A stretch of DNA of 64,000 bases from positions 34,658 through 98,657 of the forward strand of contig JARGPO010000080.1 in assembly GCA_029213075.1 (NCBI GenBank). The letters run 5' to 3'. The stretch is from Legionellaceae bacterium. Its GTDB lineage: Bacteria > Pseudomonadota > Gammaproteobacteria > Legionellales > Legionellaceae. The number at the start of each line of letters is the position of its first letter. Within the stretch, counting starts at the first letter, position 1. Shown in pieces: positions 38,619 through 48,694 of this stretch. The position numbers and the translations under genes were made by a program. The notes under the pieces are model-generated. The model had not been told where the DNA came from. It ran no database searches and worked only from the letters and a program-made list of their open reading frames with translations.

Positions 38619-41000
38619 TTAGCCCAAGGACCTCAATTCAACTGCATAGTCTTTAGCTAGCTTATCAAGTATTTTATCCATAATATCATTGATCTCCTCG
38701 TCTATCAGTGTGCGACTATCATTCTGTAAGGTCAAGGATATTGCTAAACTTTTTTTATTTTCAGGAATAGAATCACCAATATATACATCAAAAATATCAA
38801 AAGATTTCATCCAAGACGGTTCAATAACACTTCTAACAACATCTTCAATTTGCATGGCACTAACATTATCATCAACTAACAGAGATAAATCTCGGCGTGT
38901 TTGTGGGTACTTTGAAATTGGTTGATAGGTCACGCGTGACTCTTTAACTATTGCTGATAAAGATATTTCAAACAACATCACTTCATCAGTAATATCAAAT
39001 GCATCCATAAAACGAGGATGAAGCACACCAATGATTCCTACTTCTTTAGATCCAATATAAATCTTAGCTGATTTACCTGGATGCAAGGCCTCGTGCTCTG
39101 TTTTTTTAAACACAAGATCATGGTGGTGCATAGATGAAAATAAGGATTGTATATCACCTTTCATATCGTAGAAGTCATACTTACCATTAACTTCTCCCCA
39201 GTTTAAGGCTCCATACTCACCGGTTATCAGGCCAGCCAAACACTGTTGCTCAGAAAGTTTTCCATCGATCTTTTGGAACACATCGCCTGCTTCAAATAGC
39301 TTAATTCCCGATTGCTGGCGATTTAAGTTGTGAATCATAGAAGCTAACAGCCCAGACCACATCCCAACTCGCATAACAGATAACTCTTCAGAAATAGGGT
39401 TAACTAATTTCAATGCTTTAAGGTTTGGATAAAGCTCTTCTTGCAAGCTTGGATCAACAAAACTATAGCTTATTGTTTCAAAGTAACCGCGATCAACGAG
39501 CTTGTGTCTTAATTGTAATACCAAACTCTCACTATTATTTGCATTACCTTTTTGTAGTAAGGTTTTCAATGTGTCATTAGGTATGTTATCAAAGCCATAA
39601 AGGCGAATAATTTCCTCAACCAAGTCAACATCTAGACTAATATCAAATCTATGTGTGGGTACAGAAACAACCCACTCATTCTCATCTTTAGATACACCCA
39701 TGCCTAAGGACTCAAGCATCTGCTGCATTGAATCTGTATCTACTTCAACTCCGGTTAGACGTAATACTTTTTCAGGATTAAATTTTACATCTGAAAATTT
39801 TGGAAGATGTGTAGGCTCAGAGACAAACTGTACAGGGCCAGCAGAACCACCAGCTATTTCTAATATTAAGCATGTTGCCCGCTCTAAGGCCTGCACCTGT
39901 AGACTTGGGTCAACGCCTCTTTCATATCGTTGTGATGCATCACTATTCAATCCATAACGTCGTGCAATATTTGCCATAGTAACAGGATTAAAATAAGCAC
40001 TTTCTAAAAAGATATCTGTGGTTAAATCTTTAACAGAGCTTTCGTCCCCACCCATAATTCCAGCCATAGCCAACGGGGTTTTATCATCTGCAATAACTAA
40101 AACATCTTCGGATAATTTTATATTTTGGCCATTCAAAAGTTCAATTTCTTCATCTTTTTCAGCAAATCTTACCGTTATTTTGCCATTAATAGACGACAAA
40201 TCAAAAGCATGCATTGGCTGACCAATTTCAAGCATTACATAGTTCATAATATCAACCACTGTATGTAATGGTCGAATACCCCCTCTGCGAAGGCGTTCTT
40301 TCATCCATAGTGGTGTGATTGCATTAATGTTAATTCCTGTAACAATACGTCCAGCATATTGAGGGCAAGCTTTTGAAGCCACTAAATTAACATCTCTAAC
40401 GTCTTGAATACTAACTAAAGATTTATCTTGTGGGATATCCTTTAGAGGTAGATTGTTTTTAGCTGCAATCTCCCTTGCCACTCCTAAAATACTCAAGCAA
40501 TCAGCTCGGTTAGGAGTAAGATCTATATCAAAGACATTATCGTTTAAAAGTAGGTACTCACGAATATCAATACCAATAGGCGCGTCATCTGGCAACTCTA
40601 AAATACCATCACACTTATCATCTAACCCAAGTTCAGTAGCCGAACATAGCATTCCTAAAGATTCTTCACCTCTAAGTTTGGATTTTTTGATTTTCATCCC
40701 GCCAGGAAGTTTGGCTCCAACAGTAGCCAAAGCCACCATCAAACCCTTACGAACATTTGCAGCTCCACAAACGATTTGTAAGGTGGTTTCACCATTATCT
40801 ACGTCGCATAGTGTCAATTTATCAGCTTCAGGATGTTTTCTAGTATCAATGACTTTTGCAACGATTACTTTATTAAATTCACCAGCAACAGGATTGACTG
40901 AATCAACTTCTAAACCAAGCATTGTTAGTTGTGTGCTAATTTCTTTGGTGGTTAACGCAGGATTAACCCATTCACGCAACCAGGACTCACATATATTCAT
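38619..41000 (-). CDS. pheT: phenylalanine--tRNA ligase beta subunit
   Basis: 793 aa with an N-terminal tRNA-binding domain and B3/4 and B5 domains. Follows pheS. Confidence 0.95.
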   Translation of the reverse strand: MNICESWLREWVNPALTTKEISTQLTMLGLEVDSVNPVAGEFNKVIVAKVIDTRKHPEADKLTLCDVDNGETTLQIVCGAANVRKGLMVALATVGAKLPGGMKIKKSKLRGEESLGMLCSATELGLDDKCDGILELPDDAPIGIDIREYLLLNDNVFDIDLTPNRADCLSILGVAREIAAKNNLPLKDIPQDKSLVSIQDVRDVNLVASKACPQYAGRIVTGININAITPLWMKERLRRGGIRPLHTVVDIMNYVMLEIGQPMHAFDLSSINGKITVRFAEKDEEIELLNGQNIKLSEDVLVIADDKTPLAMAGIMGGDESSVKDLTTDIFLESAYFNPVTMANIARRYGLNSDASQRYERGVDPSLQVQALERATCLILEIAGGSAGPVQFVSEPTHLPKFSDVKFNPEKVLRLTGVEVDTDSMQQMLESLGMGVSKDENEWVVSVPTHRFDISLDVDLVEEIIRLYGFDNIPNDTLKTLLQKGNANNSESLVLQLRHKLVDRGYFETISYSFVDPSLQEELYPNLKALKLVNPISEELSVMRVGMWSGLLASMIHNLNRQQSGIKLFEAGDVFQKIDGKLSEQQCLAGLITGEYGALNWGEVNGKYDFYDMKGDIQSLFSSMHHHDLVFKKTEHEALHPGKSAKIYIGSKEVGIIGVLHPRFMDAFDITDEVMLFEISLSAIVKESRVTYQPISKYPQTRRDLSLLVDDNVSAMQIEDVVRSVIEPSWMKSFDIFDVYIGDSIPENKKSLAISLTLQNDSRTLIDEEINDIMDKILDKLAKDYAVELRSLG

Positions 41001-41015
41001 TAGTATTGCTCTTTT

Positions 41016-42029
41016 TTAAAATTGTTTTAAAAACGTAATATCATTCTCAAACATCATGCGTAAATCGTCTATTTCGTAATATAACATTGCAATGCGGTCT
41101 ATCCCCATTCCAAATGCCCATCCTTGATAATCATCAGGTGACAAGTTAACAGATTGTAAAACATTAGGATGAACCATTCCGCAACCACCTACTTCTAACC
41201 AACCGGTGAACTTACATATTCTACATCCAGTACCAGAACACTTGGTGCACTCAATGTCCATTTCAGCTGATGGCTCAGTAAATGGAAAATAAGATGGGCG
41301 AAAACGAAAAGCAAGTTTTCGTCCGAATAAATAGCTAAAGAAGTTATCTAGTAATCCTTTCAAATGAGCCAGGGTTGACTCTTTATCAATGACTAAACCT
41401 TCAACTTGATGAAACATTGGTGTATGAGTTAGATCGGAATCACAACGATAGACCCGCCCTGGAGCAATTAATCTAACTGGTGGTTCAGTTTTCTCAAGAA
41501 TTCTAATTTGTACTGGTGATGTATGCGTTCTTAGTAAGGAACCATCACCGAAATAAAAAGTATCATGCATCGCTCTTGCAGGATGATGAGATGGAATATT
41601 TAGGGCCTCAAAATTATAAAATTCTGACTCCACTTCTGGACCGGTTACAATATCAAATCCTAGGCCACTGAAGTATTCATTGATAGATTGTTTAATCTGC
41701 AGAACTGGATGCAAGGCACCAACTTTGCTATTGCGACCGCACAACGTTACATCAATAGATTCTTGGCTAATTTTTTGTTGTAGTTGTTCTTCTTTTAGAA
41801 TTAACAACCTCTCTTCAATTAAGCTACTAATTTCACGTTTAACTTGATTTACTTGTTGACCAACTTTTGGTTTTTCAGCTGGTGGTAGATTAACTAAATT
41901 CTTTAATATATCGGTTAATTTACCTTTTTTACCTAAGAAAGCCACTCGGATGGCATCTAGGGATGTTATATCTTGTGCTGAGTTTATTTCTTGCGCTGCT
42001 TGTTTTTGTAGAGTAGTGATATCTTGCAT
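41016..42029 (-). CDS. pheS: phenylalanine--tRNA ligase alpha subunit
   Basis: Class II aaRS motifs ([18 protein letters not shown]). The ATG at 42029 (MQDITTLQ) aligns with the E. coli N-terminus; the ORF-track TTG at 42050 falls inside the terminator-like hairpin region. Confidence 0.93.
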   Translation of the reverse strand: MQDITTLQKQAAQEINSAQDITSLDAIRVAFLGKKGKLTDILKNLVNLPPAEKPKVGQQVNQVKREISSLIEERLLILKEEQLQQKISQESIDVTLCGRNSKVGALHPVLQIKQSINEYFSGLGFDIVTGPEVESEFYNFEALNIPSHHPARAMHDTFYFGDGSLLRTHTSPVQIRILEKTEPPVRLIAPGRVYRCDSDLTHTPMFHQVEGLVIDKESTLAHLKGLLDNFFSYLFGRKLAFRFRPSYFPFTEPSAEMDIECTKCSGTGCRICKFTGWLEVGGCGMVHPNVLQSVNLSPDDYQGWAFGMGIDRIAMLYYEIDDLRMMFENDITFLKQF

Positions 42030-42048
42030 GATAGGCTCGGAGATAGTC

Positions 42049-42137
42049 AAAAGAGAGATTTCTTAACTGACATCTCTCGTGCTTAAACCCAATAGTTTCC
42101 GCATAAATTATCGGCTATTTGAGATTAGGCACGAGAT
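42049..42137 (-). promoter_or_regulatory. attenuator-like alternative hairpins in the rplT-pheS gap
   Basis: On the minus strand, ATCTCGTGCCTAA (A, 42137-42125) can pair with TTAAGCACGAGAT (B, 42086-42072 region). The 3' part of B, GAGAGAT, pairs with ATCTCTC (42059-42053), which is followed by TTTT and lies 20 nt before the pheS ATG. Confidence 0.45.
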
Positions 42138-42169
42138 CTGGAGCAATTGAAACCAGTTTTTAAGCTGGC

Positions 42170-42526
42170 TTAGGCTAAAGCAGCTTTTGCTTTTTCAGCT
42201 ACAGCAGCAAAGGCATGTTTGTCATGCACTGCCATATCAGCAAGAACTTTTCGATCTAATTCAATTTCTGCTTTTTTTAGGCCAGCAATTAATCTGCTAT
42301 ATGAAAGACCGCATTCTCTAGCTTGAGCATTAATACGTGTAATCCACAAAGCTCTAAACTGACGCTTTTTCTGACGACGATCACGGTAAGCATATTGACC
42401 AGCTTTAATAACAGCTTGCTTGGCAACTCTATAGACCCGACTACGTGCGCCGTAATAACCTTTGGCTTCTTTTAAAATTTTCTTGTGACGTGCTTTTGCT
42501 GTCACACCGCGTTTAACTCTTGGCAT
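42170..42526 (-). CDS. rplT: 50S ribosomal protein L20
   Basis: [33 protein letters not shown]. Confidence 0.96.
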   Translation of the reverse strand: MPRVKRGVTAKARHKKILKEAKGYYGARSRVYRVAKQAVIKAGQYAYRDRRQKKRQFRALWITRINAQARECGLSYSRLIAGLKKAEIELDRKVLADMAVHDKHAFAAVAEKAKAALA

Positions 42527-42540
42527 AATTCATTCTCCTC

Positions 42541-42741
42541 TTAACTACCGTGCAACATGCGTAAGGCAAGTTTCTTATCACATGGCTTCAAGCTACCAGA
42601 TGCGACACGAAGGTGACGTTTTTGTTTGGTCGACTTTTTAGTCAGGATATGATTACGATAAGCGCCTCGGCGTTTAATACCACCGTTTGCTGTTTTTTTA
42701 AAGCGCTTACAAGCACCTCTGTGTGACTTTAACTTTGGCAT
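42541..42741 (-). CDS. rpmI: 50S ribosomal protein L35
   Basis: [16 protein letters not shown]. Position between infC and rplT. Confidence 0.95.
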   Translation of the reverse strand: MPKLKSHRGACKRFKKTANGGIKRRGAYRNHILTKKSTKQKRHLRVASGSLKPCDKKLALRMLHGS

Positions 42742-42789
42742 ACTAATTTACTCCGCATTGCTGTACTTACTTTTTATTTGAAGCACATG

Positions 42790-43323
42790 CTATTTTTTCT
42801 TCGGTGACAATACCATCAATAATTGACGTCCTTCCCGCTTTGGATGCTGCTCTACTATAGCAACTTCCGTCGTATCTTTTTGGACACGCTCGAGGATCTT
42901 CATACCAAGGTCTTGATGAGCTACTTCCCGCCCGCGAAATCGCAAGCTGATTTTTACTTTGTCGCCATGATTTAGGAATTTCATAAGGTTGCGTAGCTTT
43001 ACCTGATAATCCCCTTCTTCCGTCGTAGGACGGAACTTTATTTCTTTGACTTGAACTTGTTTCTGCTTTTTCTTAGCTTCCGCTTGTTTTTTACTCACTT
43101 CAAAGAGATATTTACCATAATCCATTATTCGACATACTGGAGGCTTGGCTGTAGGTGATATTTCTACCAAGTCACATCCACTTTCCTCAGCAGCCCTCAA
43201 TGCTTCCTGCGTTGAAACTATGCCGGCTTGATTGCCATCTACATCAATTAAGCGTACTTCAGATACATTGATTTTTTCATTCATTCGTGCGCGATCATTA
43301 TCACGCCTATTTGATGCACTAAT
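42790..43323 (-). CDS. infC: translation initiation factor IF-3 (ATT start codon)
   Basis: The ORF track starts at an internal ATG (43284). In the same frame, an ATT at 43323-43321 sits 7 nt after GGAGGA and directly follows an in-frame TGA-ACC. It adds [12 protein letters not shown], which aligns with the conserved R.N..I..EVRL N-terminus of E. coli IF3. Confidence 0.88.
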   Translation of the reverse strand: MSASNRRDNDRARMNEKINVSEVRLIDVDGNQAGIVSTQEALRAAEESGCDLVEISPTAKPPVCRIMDYGKYLFEVSKKQAEAKKKQKQVQVKEIKFRPTTEEGDYQVKLRNLMKFLNHGDKVKISLRFRGREVAHQDLGMKILERVQKDTTEVAIVEQHPKREGRQLLMVLSPKKK

Positions 43324-43365
43324 GGTTCATTCCTCCAACAAATAATTTTATAATTATTAAATGAC

Positions 43366-45273
43366 TTATTTTTTTGTGTAAATTTCTTGCGATAGCATAT
43401 CACAAAATGATTTGATAGTCATCATTCCTAAGTTATCTCCACCGCGAGCTCTCACTGTAACCATGTTATCATCAACTTCTTTGTCACCAATGACGACCAT
43501 ATAAGGTGTTTTCTGCATTGTATGCTCACGAATTTTAAAGCCAATTTTCTCATTTCTCAAGTCAATATTCGCACGAATACCATTTTCTTGCAATAGTTTG
43601 TGCACTTTAACCGCGTGGTCATCATGCTTTTCACTAATAGTCAAAACTATTACCTGAGTAGGAGAAAGCCACAAAGGAAAGCTTCCAGCATAATGCTCGA
43701 TCAAAATTCCAATAAAGCGCTCGAAACTACCAAGAATAGCTCTATGAATCATAACAGGATTTTGTTTGCTACCATCTTCAGCAATATATTGAGCTCCTAA
43801 TCGCTCAGGCATTGAAAAATCAATTTGTATGGTTCCGCATTGCCAAACTCGACCAAGACAGTCTGATAAAGAGCACTCTATTTTGGGTCCATAAAACGCA
43901 CCTTCACCCTCAGCATCTTCCCAGTCAATCCCAGTTGCTTGCATCGCTTGTTTCAGAGATGACTCAGCCTTATTCCAAACCTCATCACTTCCTACTCTTT
44001 GCTCTGGACGCAAAGCTAATCGATACTTAATATCAGAAAAACCAAGGTCACTATAAACAGCCTGTACTAGCTTAATAAGCTCAACGACTTCAGACTGAAT
44101 TTGATCTTCAGTACAAAAAATATGAGCATCATCTTGAACAAATCCGCGAACTCGCATTAAGCCGTGGAGTGCACCAGATGGCTCACAACGATGACAACTA
44201 CCAAACTCAGCCAAACGCAGTGGTAAGTCACGATAACTTTTTATACCTTGATTATATACTTGAACGTGACCTGGACAGTTCATTGGTTTAATGGAATATA
44301 GGCGATTTTCAGTTTCAGTTATGAACATCGCATCTTTAAAGTTATCCCAGTGCCCAGACTTCTCCCACAGGGTTCTATCGACCAATTGAGGAGTTTTTAT
44401 TTCTTGATAATTAGCTTTATCCAACAACCCACGAATATATTGTTCTATTTCTTGATATATGGTCCAGCCTTTGGCATGCCAAAAGACCATTCCTGGTGCA
44501 ATCTCTTGAAAATGAAAAAGATCGAGAGCTTTTCCTAGCTTACGATGATCGCGCTTTTCAGCCTCTTCTATGCGAAATAAATATGCGGCTAATGCCTTTT
44601 TATCTAGAAAAGCTGTTCCATAAATACGCTGTAGCATTTCATTGTTAGAATCACCACGCCAATAGGCACCAGCAATTTTGGTGAGTTTAAAGGCCTTAAT
44701 TTTACCAGTTGATGGTACGTGCGGCCCTCGGCATAAATCTTCAAAGTCACCTTGCTTATACAGTGATAGTTTTTCATCGCTTGGTATGTCTGCTATGATT
44801 TTTGCTTTGTACTCTTCGCCTATGCTTTTAAAATATTGAACAGCTTCATCTCTTGGTAGTTCACGGCGCACTATTTTATGATTTTCTTTAATTAAAGATG
44901 ACATTTTCGCTTCAATTAAGACCAAATCTTCTGGGGTAAAAGAACGTGAAAAAGCAAAATCGTAGTAAAATCCATCGTCAATTACTGGACCAATTGTAAC
45001 TTGAGCTTGTGGGAATAGTTGTTTCACAGCTTGAGCTAGGAGATGAGCAGCTGAATGACGAACGATCTCGAGACTAGCAGGATCTTTATCGGTAACGATA
45101 ACTAAAGAGCAATCGGATGTTATCTGAAAGCTTGTATCAACAAGATTACCATCAACCCTACCAGCAAAGGCCGCTTTTGCAAGGCCAGGACTAATACTGT
45201 GCGCAACATCATATACAGTTGAACCAGCTTCAATTTGTTTTACTTGCCCATCAGAGAGCGTAATATTTATCAT
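43366..45273 (-). CDS. thrS: threonine--tRNA ligase
   Basis: 635 aa with a TGS domain, editing domain, class II core and anticodon-binding domain. Canonical thrS-infC-rpmI-rplT order. Confidence 0.96.
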   Translation of the reverse strand: MINITLSDGQVKQIEAGSTVYDVAHSISPGLAKAAFAGRVDGNLVDTSFQITSDCSLVIVTDKDPASLEIVRHSAAHLLAQAVKQLFPQAQVTIGPVIDDGFYYDFAFSRSFTPEDLVLIEAKMSSLIKENHKIVRRELPRDEAVQYFKSIGEEYKAKIIADIPSDEKLSLYKQGDFEDLCRGPHVPSTGKIKAFKLTKIAGAYWRGDSNNEMLQRIYGTAFLDKKALAAYLFRIEEAEKRDHRKLGKALDLFHFQEIAPGMVFWHAKGWTIYQEIEQYIRGLLDKANYQEIKTPQLVDRTLWEKSGHWDNFKDAMFITETENRLYSIKPMNCPGHVQVYNQGIKSYRDLPLRLAEFGSCHRCEPSGALHGLMRVRGFVQDDAHIFCTEDQIQSEVVELIKLVQAVYSDLGFSDIKYRLALRPEQRVGSDEVWNKAESSLKQAMQATGIDWEDAEGEGAFYGPKIECSLSDCLGRVWQCGTIQIDFSMPERLGAQYIAEDGSKQNPVMIHRAILGSFERFIGILIEHYAGSFPLWLSPTQVIVLTISEKHDDHAVKVHKLLQENGIRANIDLRNEKIGFKIREHTMQKTPYMVVIGDKEVDDNMVTVRARGGDNLGMMTIKSFCDMLSQEIYTKK

Positions 45274-45300
45274 TATTAGAACCAGAAATAGATGTAAATA

Positions 45301-45375
45301 TTGGTAGGCACGAGTGGGATCGAACCACCGACCACCACCATGTCAAGGTGGTGCTCTACCACTGAGCTACGTGCC
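45301..45375 (-). tRNA. tRNA-Val (anticodon GAC), CCA encoded
   Basis: Manual cloverleaf: acceptor AGGCACG/CGTGCCT, D arm GCTC-AGTGGTA-GAGC, anticodon arm CCACC-TTGACAT-GGTGG, variable loop TGGTC, T arm GGTGG-TTCGATC-CCACT, discriminator A, then CCA. Total 75 nt. Confidence 0.9.
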
Positions 45376-45794
45376 TATAACCAGAGTAAATTTTAGAGGA
45401 CGCCAGTATACATGAATTACTTAAAATAAAGCAATCGCTTTTTTTAACGACTGAGAGTTAATTTAAGAAATATATAGACGTTAACCAGATAATTGGGGTG
45501 GCATAATGATTAGTGCTCCTCCTACTATTTCAAGAGTTGCTGATGAATCAACCAGTCTATTGCAGAGGCTTACATCATGTCCTTGTAATTCATATTCAAA
45601 CCCGACAGATGAAAATCTGCCGCCTGTCGCAACGAATAGCTTTAACCAAGTCAGTGGAATTTGGATCTAAGGATGGACTATTAAAACGCCGTTGCTACCT
45701 TGATATGAAGAGATGCTATTATTGCGTAGTCAGTCATAGTTGGGTATCTACAGCATTTGTAGGCCAGGGCTTTGCCCTAACCCACGAGAAACTA

Positions 45795-46121
45795 TTAAAT
45801 ATTACTATCAATAAATGCTATTAATTGCGATTTTGTTAGTAGTCCCATTTTAATCGCCTCTACTTGTTCATTTTTAAATATTATTAAAGTAGGTATGCTC
45901 ATAACCCCAAACTGAGATGGAGTAGCTGGATTATCATCAATATTAATTTTAACAAAATCTATTTGCTCATGATGACTTGCAGCAACTTCTGCAAAAATTG
46001 GTGCTAATGCTCGACATGGTCCGCACCATTCAGCCCAAAAATCGACGATAACTGGCTTACCAGCCTTTAATACATCTTGTTCAAAACTACTATCTGTTAC
46101 AACTTTGATATGATCACTCAT
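45795..46121 (-). CDS. trxA: thioredoxin
   Basis: 108 aa with the WAEWCGPC active site. Collinear with E. coli TrxA. Confidence 0.95.
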   Translation of the reverse strand: MSDHIKVVTDSSFEQDVLKAGKPVIVDFWAEWCGPCRALAPIFAEVAASHHEQIDFVKINIDDNPATPSQFGVMSIPTLIIFKNEQVEAIKMGLLTKSQLIAFIDSNI

Positions 46122-46313
46122 GAATGAACCCCTTGTTGGAAATTAGATTTTAACGAAAAGTTACAACTCCGTATATAATATACACACCAAAGAGTTAAAC
46201 TAGTTTATCTGCGATTATAAAGTAGATTTATACACTATTCAAACACCAATATAATCAGATGAATTTAATTGGTTGCTAGATTTACCACTAAATAATATAT
46301 TCTCATCCTCCTC

Positions 46314-47576
46314 TCAAGTTCTATTTTTAATAACAGCTAAATCTGACCACTGCGTAGTATATCTTGGTGATAACATTTCTGAATTCATGGCCCAGGGCTT
46401 ATCAAAGCCTTGCGCGCCCAATTTAAGAGTGTGGCGGCCAAATCGATTATTAACTTGGTCAAATAGAGCCAAGAACTCATCTTTTTTATGAAGTATTTTT
46501 TCAGTTGGTTGATGAAACAAGTCATACTGTTGATAGTCTTGGCCTACTAACTCATCAAAACAAACACCAACTTTTTTATAATGATAACCGGGTTTATATA
46601 TTTTATTGAGGGTTTGCTTCGCAATTTTAGTAAGTAGTCGGATATCATCCGTTGGGTTTATGAGCCGAACAGATAAAGAATTATTATACTGATCTAAATC
46701 TTGCCTATAACGATTGGTTGTAATATATACTCCAAGCTTCTTAACTAGTAATTTATGCTGTCTTAGCTTTTCATAAGCAGAACCAACATGACTACTTAAA
46801 GCTTCAGCAATATTTGTAAGATCGGTTTGCATCTCCCCAAAACTCTTCGATGAGACAATACTTTTGCGCTCCTGGTTTTCATCAAAAGTACAACACGCAA
46901 TACCGTTTAACTCCATCGCTGTTCTCATTAACGAAATATTAAACTTATTTTTTAAATCATGAGTGTTAAGCTCAGCTAAATCAGCTGCTGTATACACCCC
47001 ATATGCACGCAATTTTTTATGCCACTTTCTACCAACCCCCCAAACTTCACCAACAGGAATTTTTGCAAGCCAGCTAGATTGATGATGAATACAAAAAACT
47101 GGAGCTTTAAGCTCTTTTTTACAAAGATAGTTTGCAATTTTTGCTAACGTCTTAGTAGAACCAATACCAATTGAAGTCGGAATGCCTGTGGACTTGAGTA
47201 TTTGTAGTTGTAATGATAAACAGAAAGCCTCATGTAAGTTTGGTGACATGGACTCTAAATTTAAAAAAGCCTCATCAATTGAATATTGACTAACATCAGT
47301 CCACGCAGAATTAATCACCTGCATAACACGATTTGAAAGATCGCCGTATAAAACATAGTTTGAGGAAAAAACTTGGACCTTATGCCTTAAACATTGATTT
47401 TTTATCTTAAAATACGGCTCACCCATAACAAAACCTAGTGCTTTTGCCTCATTAGAACGAGCAATCACACAACCATCATTATTTGATAAAACAATAACTG
47501 GCTTATTATGTAAGTCAGGACGAAATAGACGCTCACAACTAGCATAGAAATTATTACAATCAATTATTGCATACAT
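46314..47576 (-). CDS. umuC: Y-family translesion DNA polymerase (UmuC-like)
   Basis: MYAIIDCNNFYASCE and VLSNNDGCVIARS blocks. Start 2 nt after the umuD stop (TAA-TC-ATG). Confidence 0.9.
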   Translation of the reverse strand: MYAIIDCNNFYASCERLFRPDLHNKPVIVLSNNDGCVIARSNEAKALGFVMGEPYFKIKNQCLRHKVQVFSSNYVLYGDLSNRVMQVINSAWTDVSQYSIDEAFLNLESMSPNLHEAFCLSLQLQILKSTGIPTSIGIGSTKTLAKIANYLCKKELKAPVFCIHHQSSWLAKIPVGEVWGVGRKWHKKLRAYGVYTAADLAELNTHDLKNKFNISLMRTAMELNGIACCTFDENQERKSIVSSKSFGEMQTDLTNIAEALSSHVGSAYEKLRQHKLLVKKLGVYITTNRYRQDLDQYNNSLSVRLINPTDDIRLLTKIAKQTLNKIYKPGYHYKKVGVCFDELVGQDYQQYDLFHQPTEKILHKKDEFLALFDQVNNRFGRHTLKLGAQGFDKPWAMNSEMLSPRYTTQWSDLAVIKNRT

Positions 47577-47578
47577 GA

Positions 47579-48106
47579 TTATGTGGCCGTATGTATAACA
47601 TGAGTTACTACACCCCAAACAACTAAATCTTGCTCATCGGTTATATCGATAGGCTGAAAACTACTATTCTCAGGTAATAATTGTACCCGTCCATTCTCTC
47701 TAGATAACCTTTTAACCGTTAGCTCTCCATCAATTGCTGCTATAATAATTTTACCATTAGATGCCTCTAAGCTTTTATCAACAATCAGCATATCTCCAGA
47801 CAAAATACCAGCACCCATCATGGAGTCACCTTCAGCAATAACGAAAAAAGTAGCTGCTGGATGCTTAATAAAGTGTGAATTAAGATCAAGATGAGTCTCA
47901 ATATAATCATCAGCAGGAGATGGAAATCCCGCCCGAACATGACTGGAATACAATGGACAAAGCACCCCCTCAGAACTATTAGTTAAAAAATTTTGAACTG
48001 CGGCAACTTTTGAAATGGGAATGCGAATTGCCTTGGTTGACTCACCCCAGCTATTACTACCTTTGGGCCTCCCAGAACCAACCCGTCTACCACCATGATT
48101 AGCCAT
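47579..48106 (-). CDS. umuD: S24 peptidase UmuD-like protein with N-terminal extension
   Basis: Cleavage-site context VRAGFPSPA, catalytic GDSM Ser and TVKRL Lys. Start at MANHGGRRVGSGRPKG. About 35 aa longer at the N-terminus than E. coli UmuD. Confidence 0.85.
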   Translation of the reverse strand: MANHGGRRVGSGRPKGSNSWGESTKAIRIPISKVAAVQNFLTNSSEGVLCPLYSSHVRAGFPSPADDYIETHLDLNSHFIKHPAATFFVIAEGDSMMGAGILSGDMLIVDKSLEASNGKIIIAAIDGELTVKRLSRENGRVQLLPENSSFQPIDITDEQDLVVWGVVTHVIHTAT

Positions 48107-48221
48107 AAATACCTGTTTTTTGATAAGTGTACATATATCAAATAATATATTAATAAATGCTATTTGTAAATGAGAGACGTTAAAATAACAATGGCTTATC
48201 AATAAAGTTAATAGAATATTA

Positions 48222-48443
48222 CTACATCATTTTCCTATGAAGTTCATCTTTACAACCCTTGCATTGTTGACAATCTTCCGGGCACTGCATTGGATTTGTT
48301 TTGCACCTTTTCATGCAATCCATACAAACATCTTTTGAAGGACACTCTTTAGCTTCTCCTGCTGCTTCCTCAGCAAGACAATTTGCAGATATTGCCAAAG
48401 ACGCACCAAATACAAGCATTGGAACAATAGATGAAATTTTCAT
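48222..48443 (-). CDS. secreted cysteine-rich mini-protein (73 aa)
   Basis: GGAG SD 6 nt before the ATG at 48443. The signal peptide is MKISSIVPMLVFGASLAISA. The mature part is about 50 aa with 8-9 Cys (CPSKDVCMDCMKRCKTNPMQCPEDCQQCKGC) and several Met. Confidence 0.6.
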   Translation of the reverse strand: MKISSIVPMLVFGASLAISANCLAEEAAGEAKECPSKDVCMDCMKRCKTNPMQCPEDCQQCKGCKDELHRKMM

Positions 48444-48694
48444 TATAACTCCTTGTAATTTATATGATTTTGTTTGCACCTTAAATTAAAATAACTTAAA
48501 ACACATATATTGATTATAGGTAGAACTTAGATCAACTTCCAACGAGAACTAAGTCAAATAGCAAAAGACACCTCTGGGGTCAAATATACGCCTGTATTTT
48601 CTTTTATTTCTCATAAAGAGTGATTTTTAGCCATTCATGGGCTATAACTTAAAATAACATACTTCTGTAAATAGGCCGTGCCTAAAATGATATT

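Noticed and set aside
40453-41019. 188-aa ORF antisense to pheT. Similar antisense ORFs are 1120..1317, 2689..2904, 12196..12474, 19946..20257, 21710..22036, 22121..22432, 31160..31426, 39655..39957 and 60992..61318.
   Set aside because: These are shadow ORFs inside well-supported conserved genes. They have Ser/Leu/Ile-rich junk composition and no independent signals.
42065-42106. Mini-ORF MRKLLGLSTRDVS as a pheM-type leader peptide
   Set aside because: It contains no Phe codons, so it cannot work as the classical Phe-sensing leader. I kept only the structural attenuator-like observation.
45377-45794. RsmY/Z-like or other sRNA in the tRNA-Val/trxA gap
   Set aside because: There are only two or three GGA motifs, no convincing terminator and no recognisable conserved RNA motif (SRP, 6S, RNase P and tmRNA signatures are absent).
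45513-45824. 103-aa ORF in the tRNA-Val/trxA gap
   Set aside because: It has no SD and an odd composition, overlaps the 3' end of trxA on the opposite strand, and matches no recognisable family. I treat the 420-bp gap as non-coding and could not assign any RNA gene to it either.
48107-48221. LexA/SOS box upstream of umuD
   Set aside because: No CTGT-N8-ACAG-type palindrome is present. The nearest candidate (CTGTTTTTTGATAAGT) fails the second half-site.
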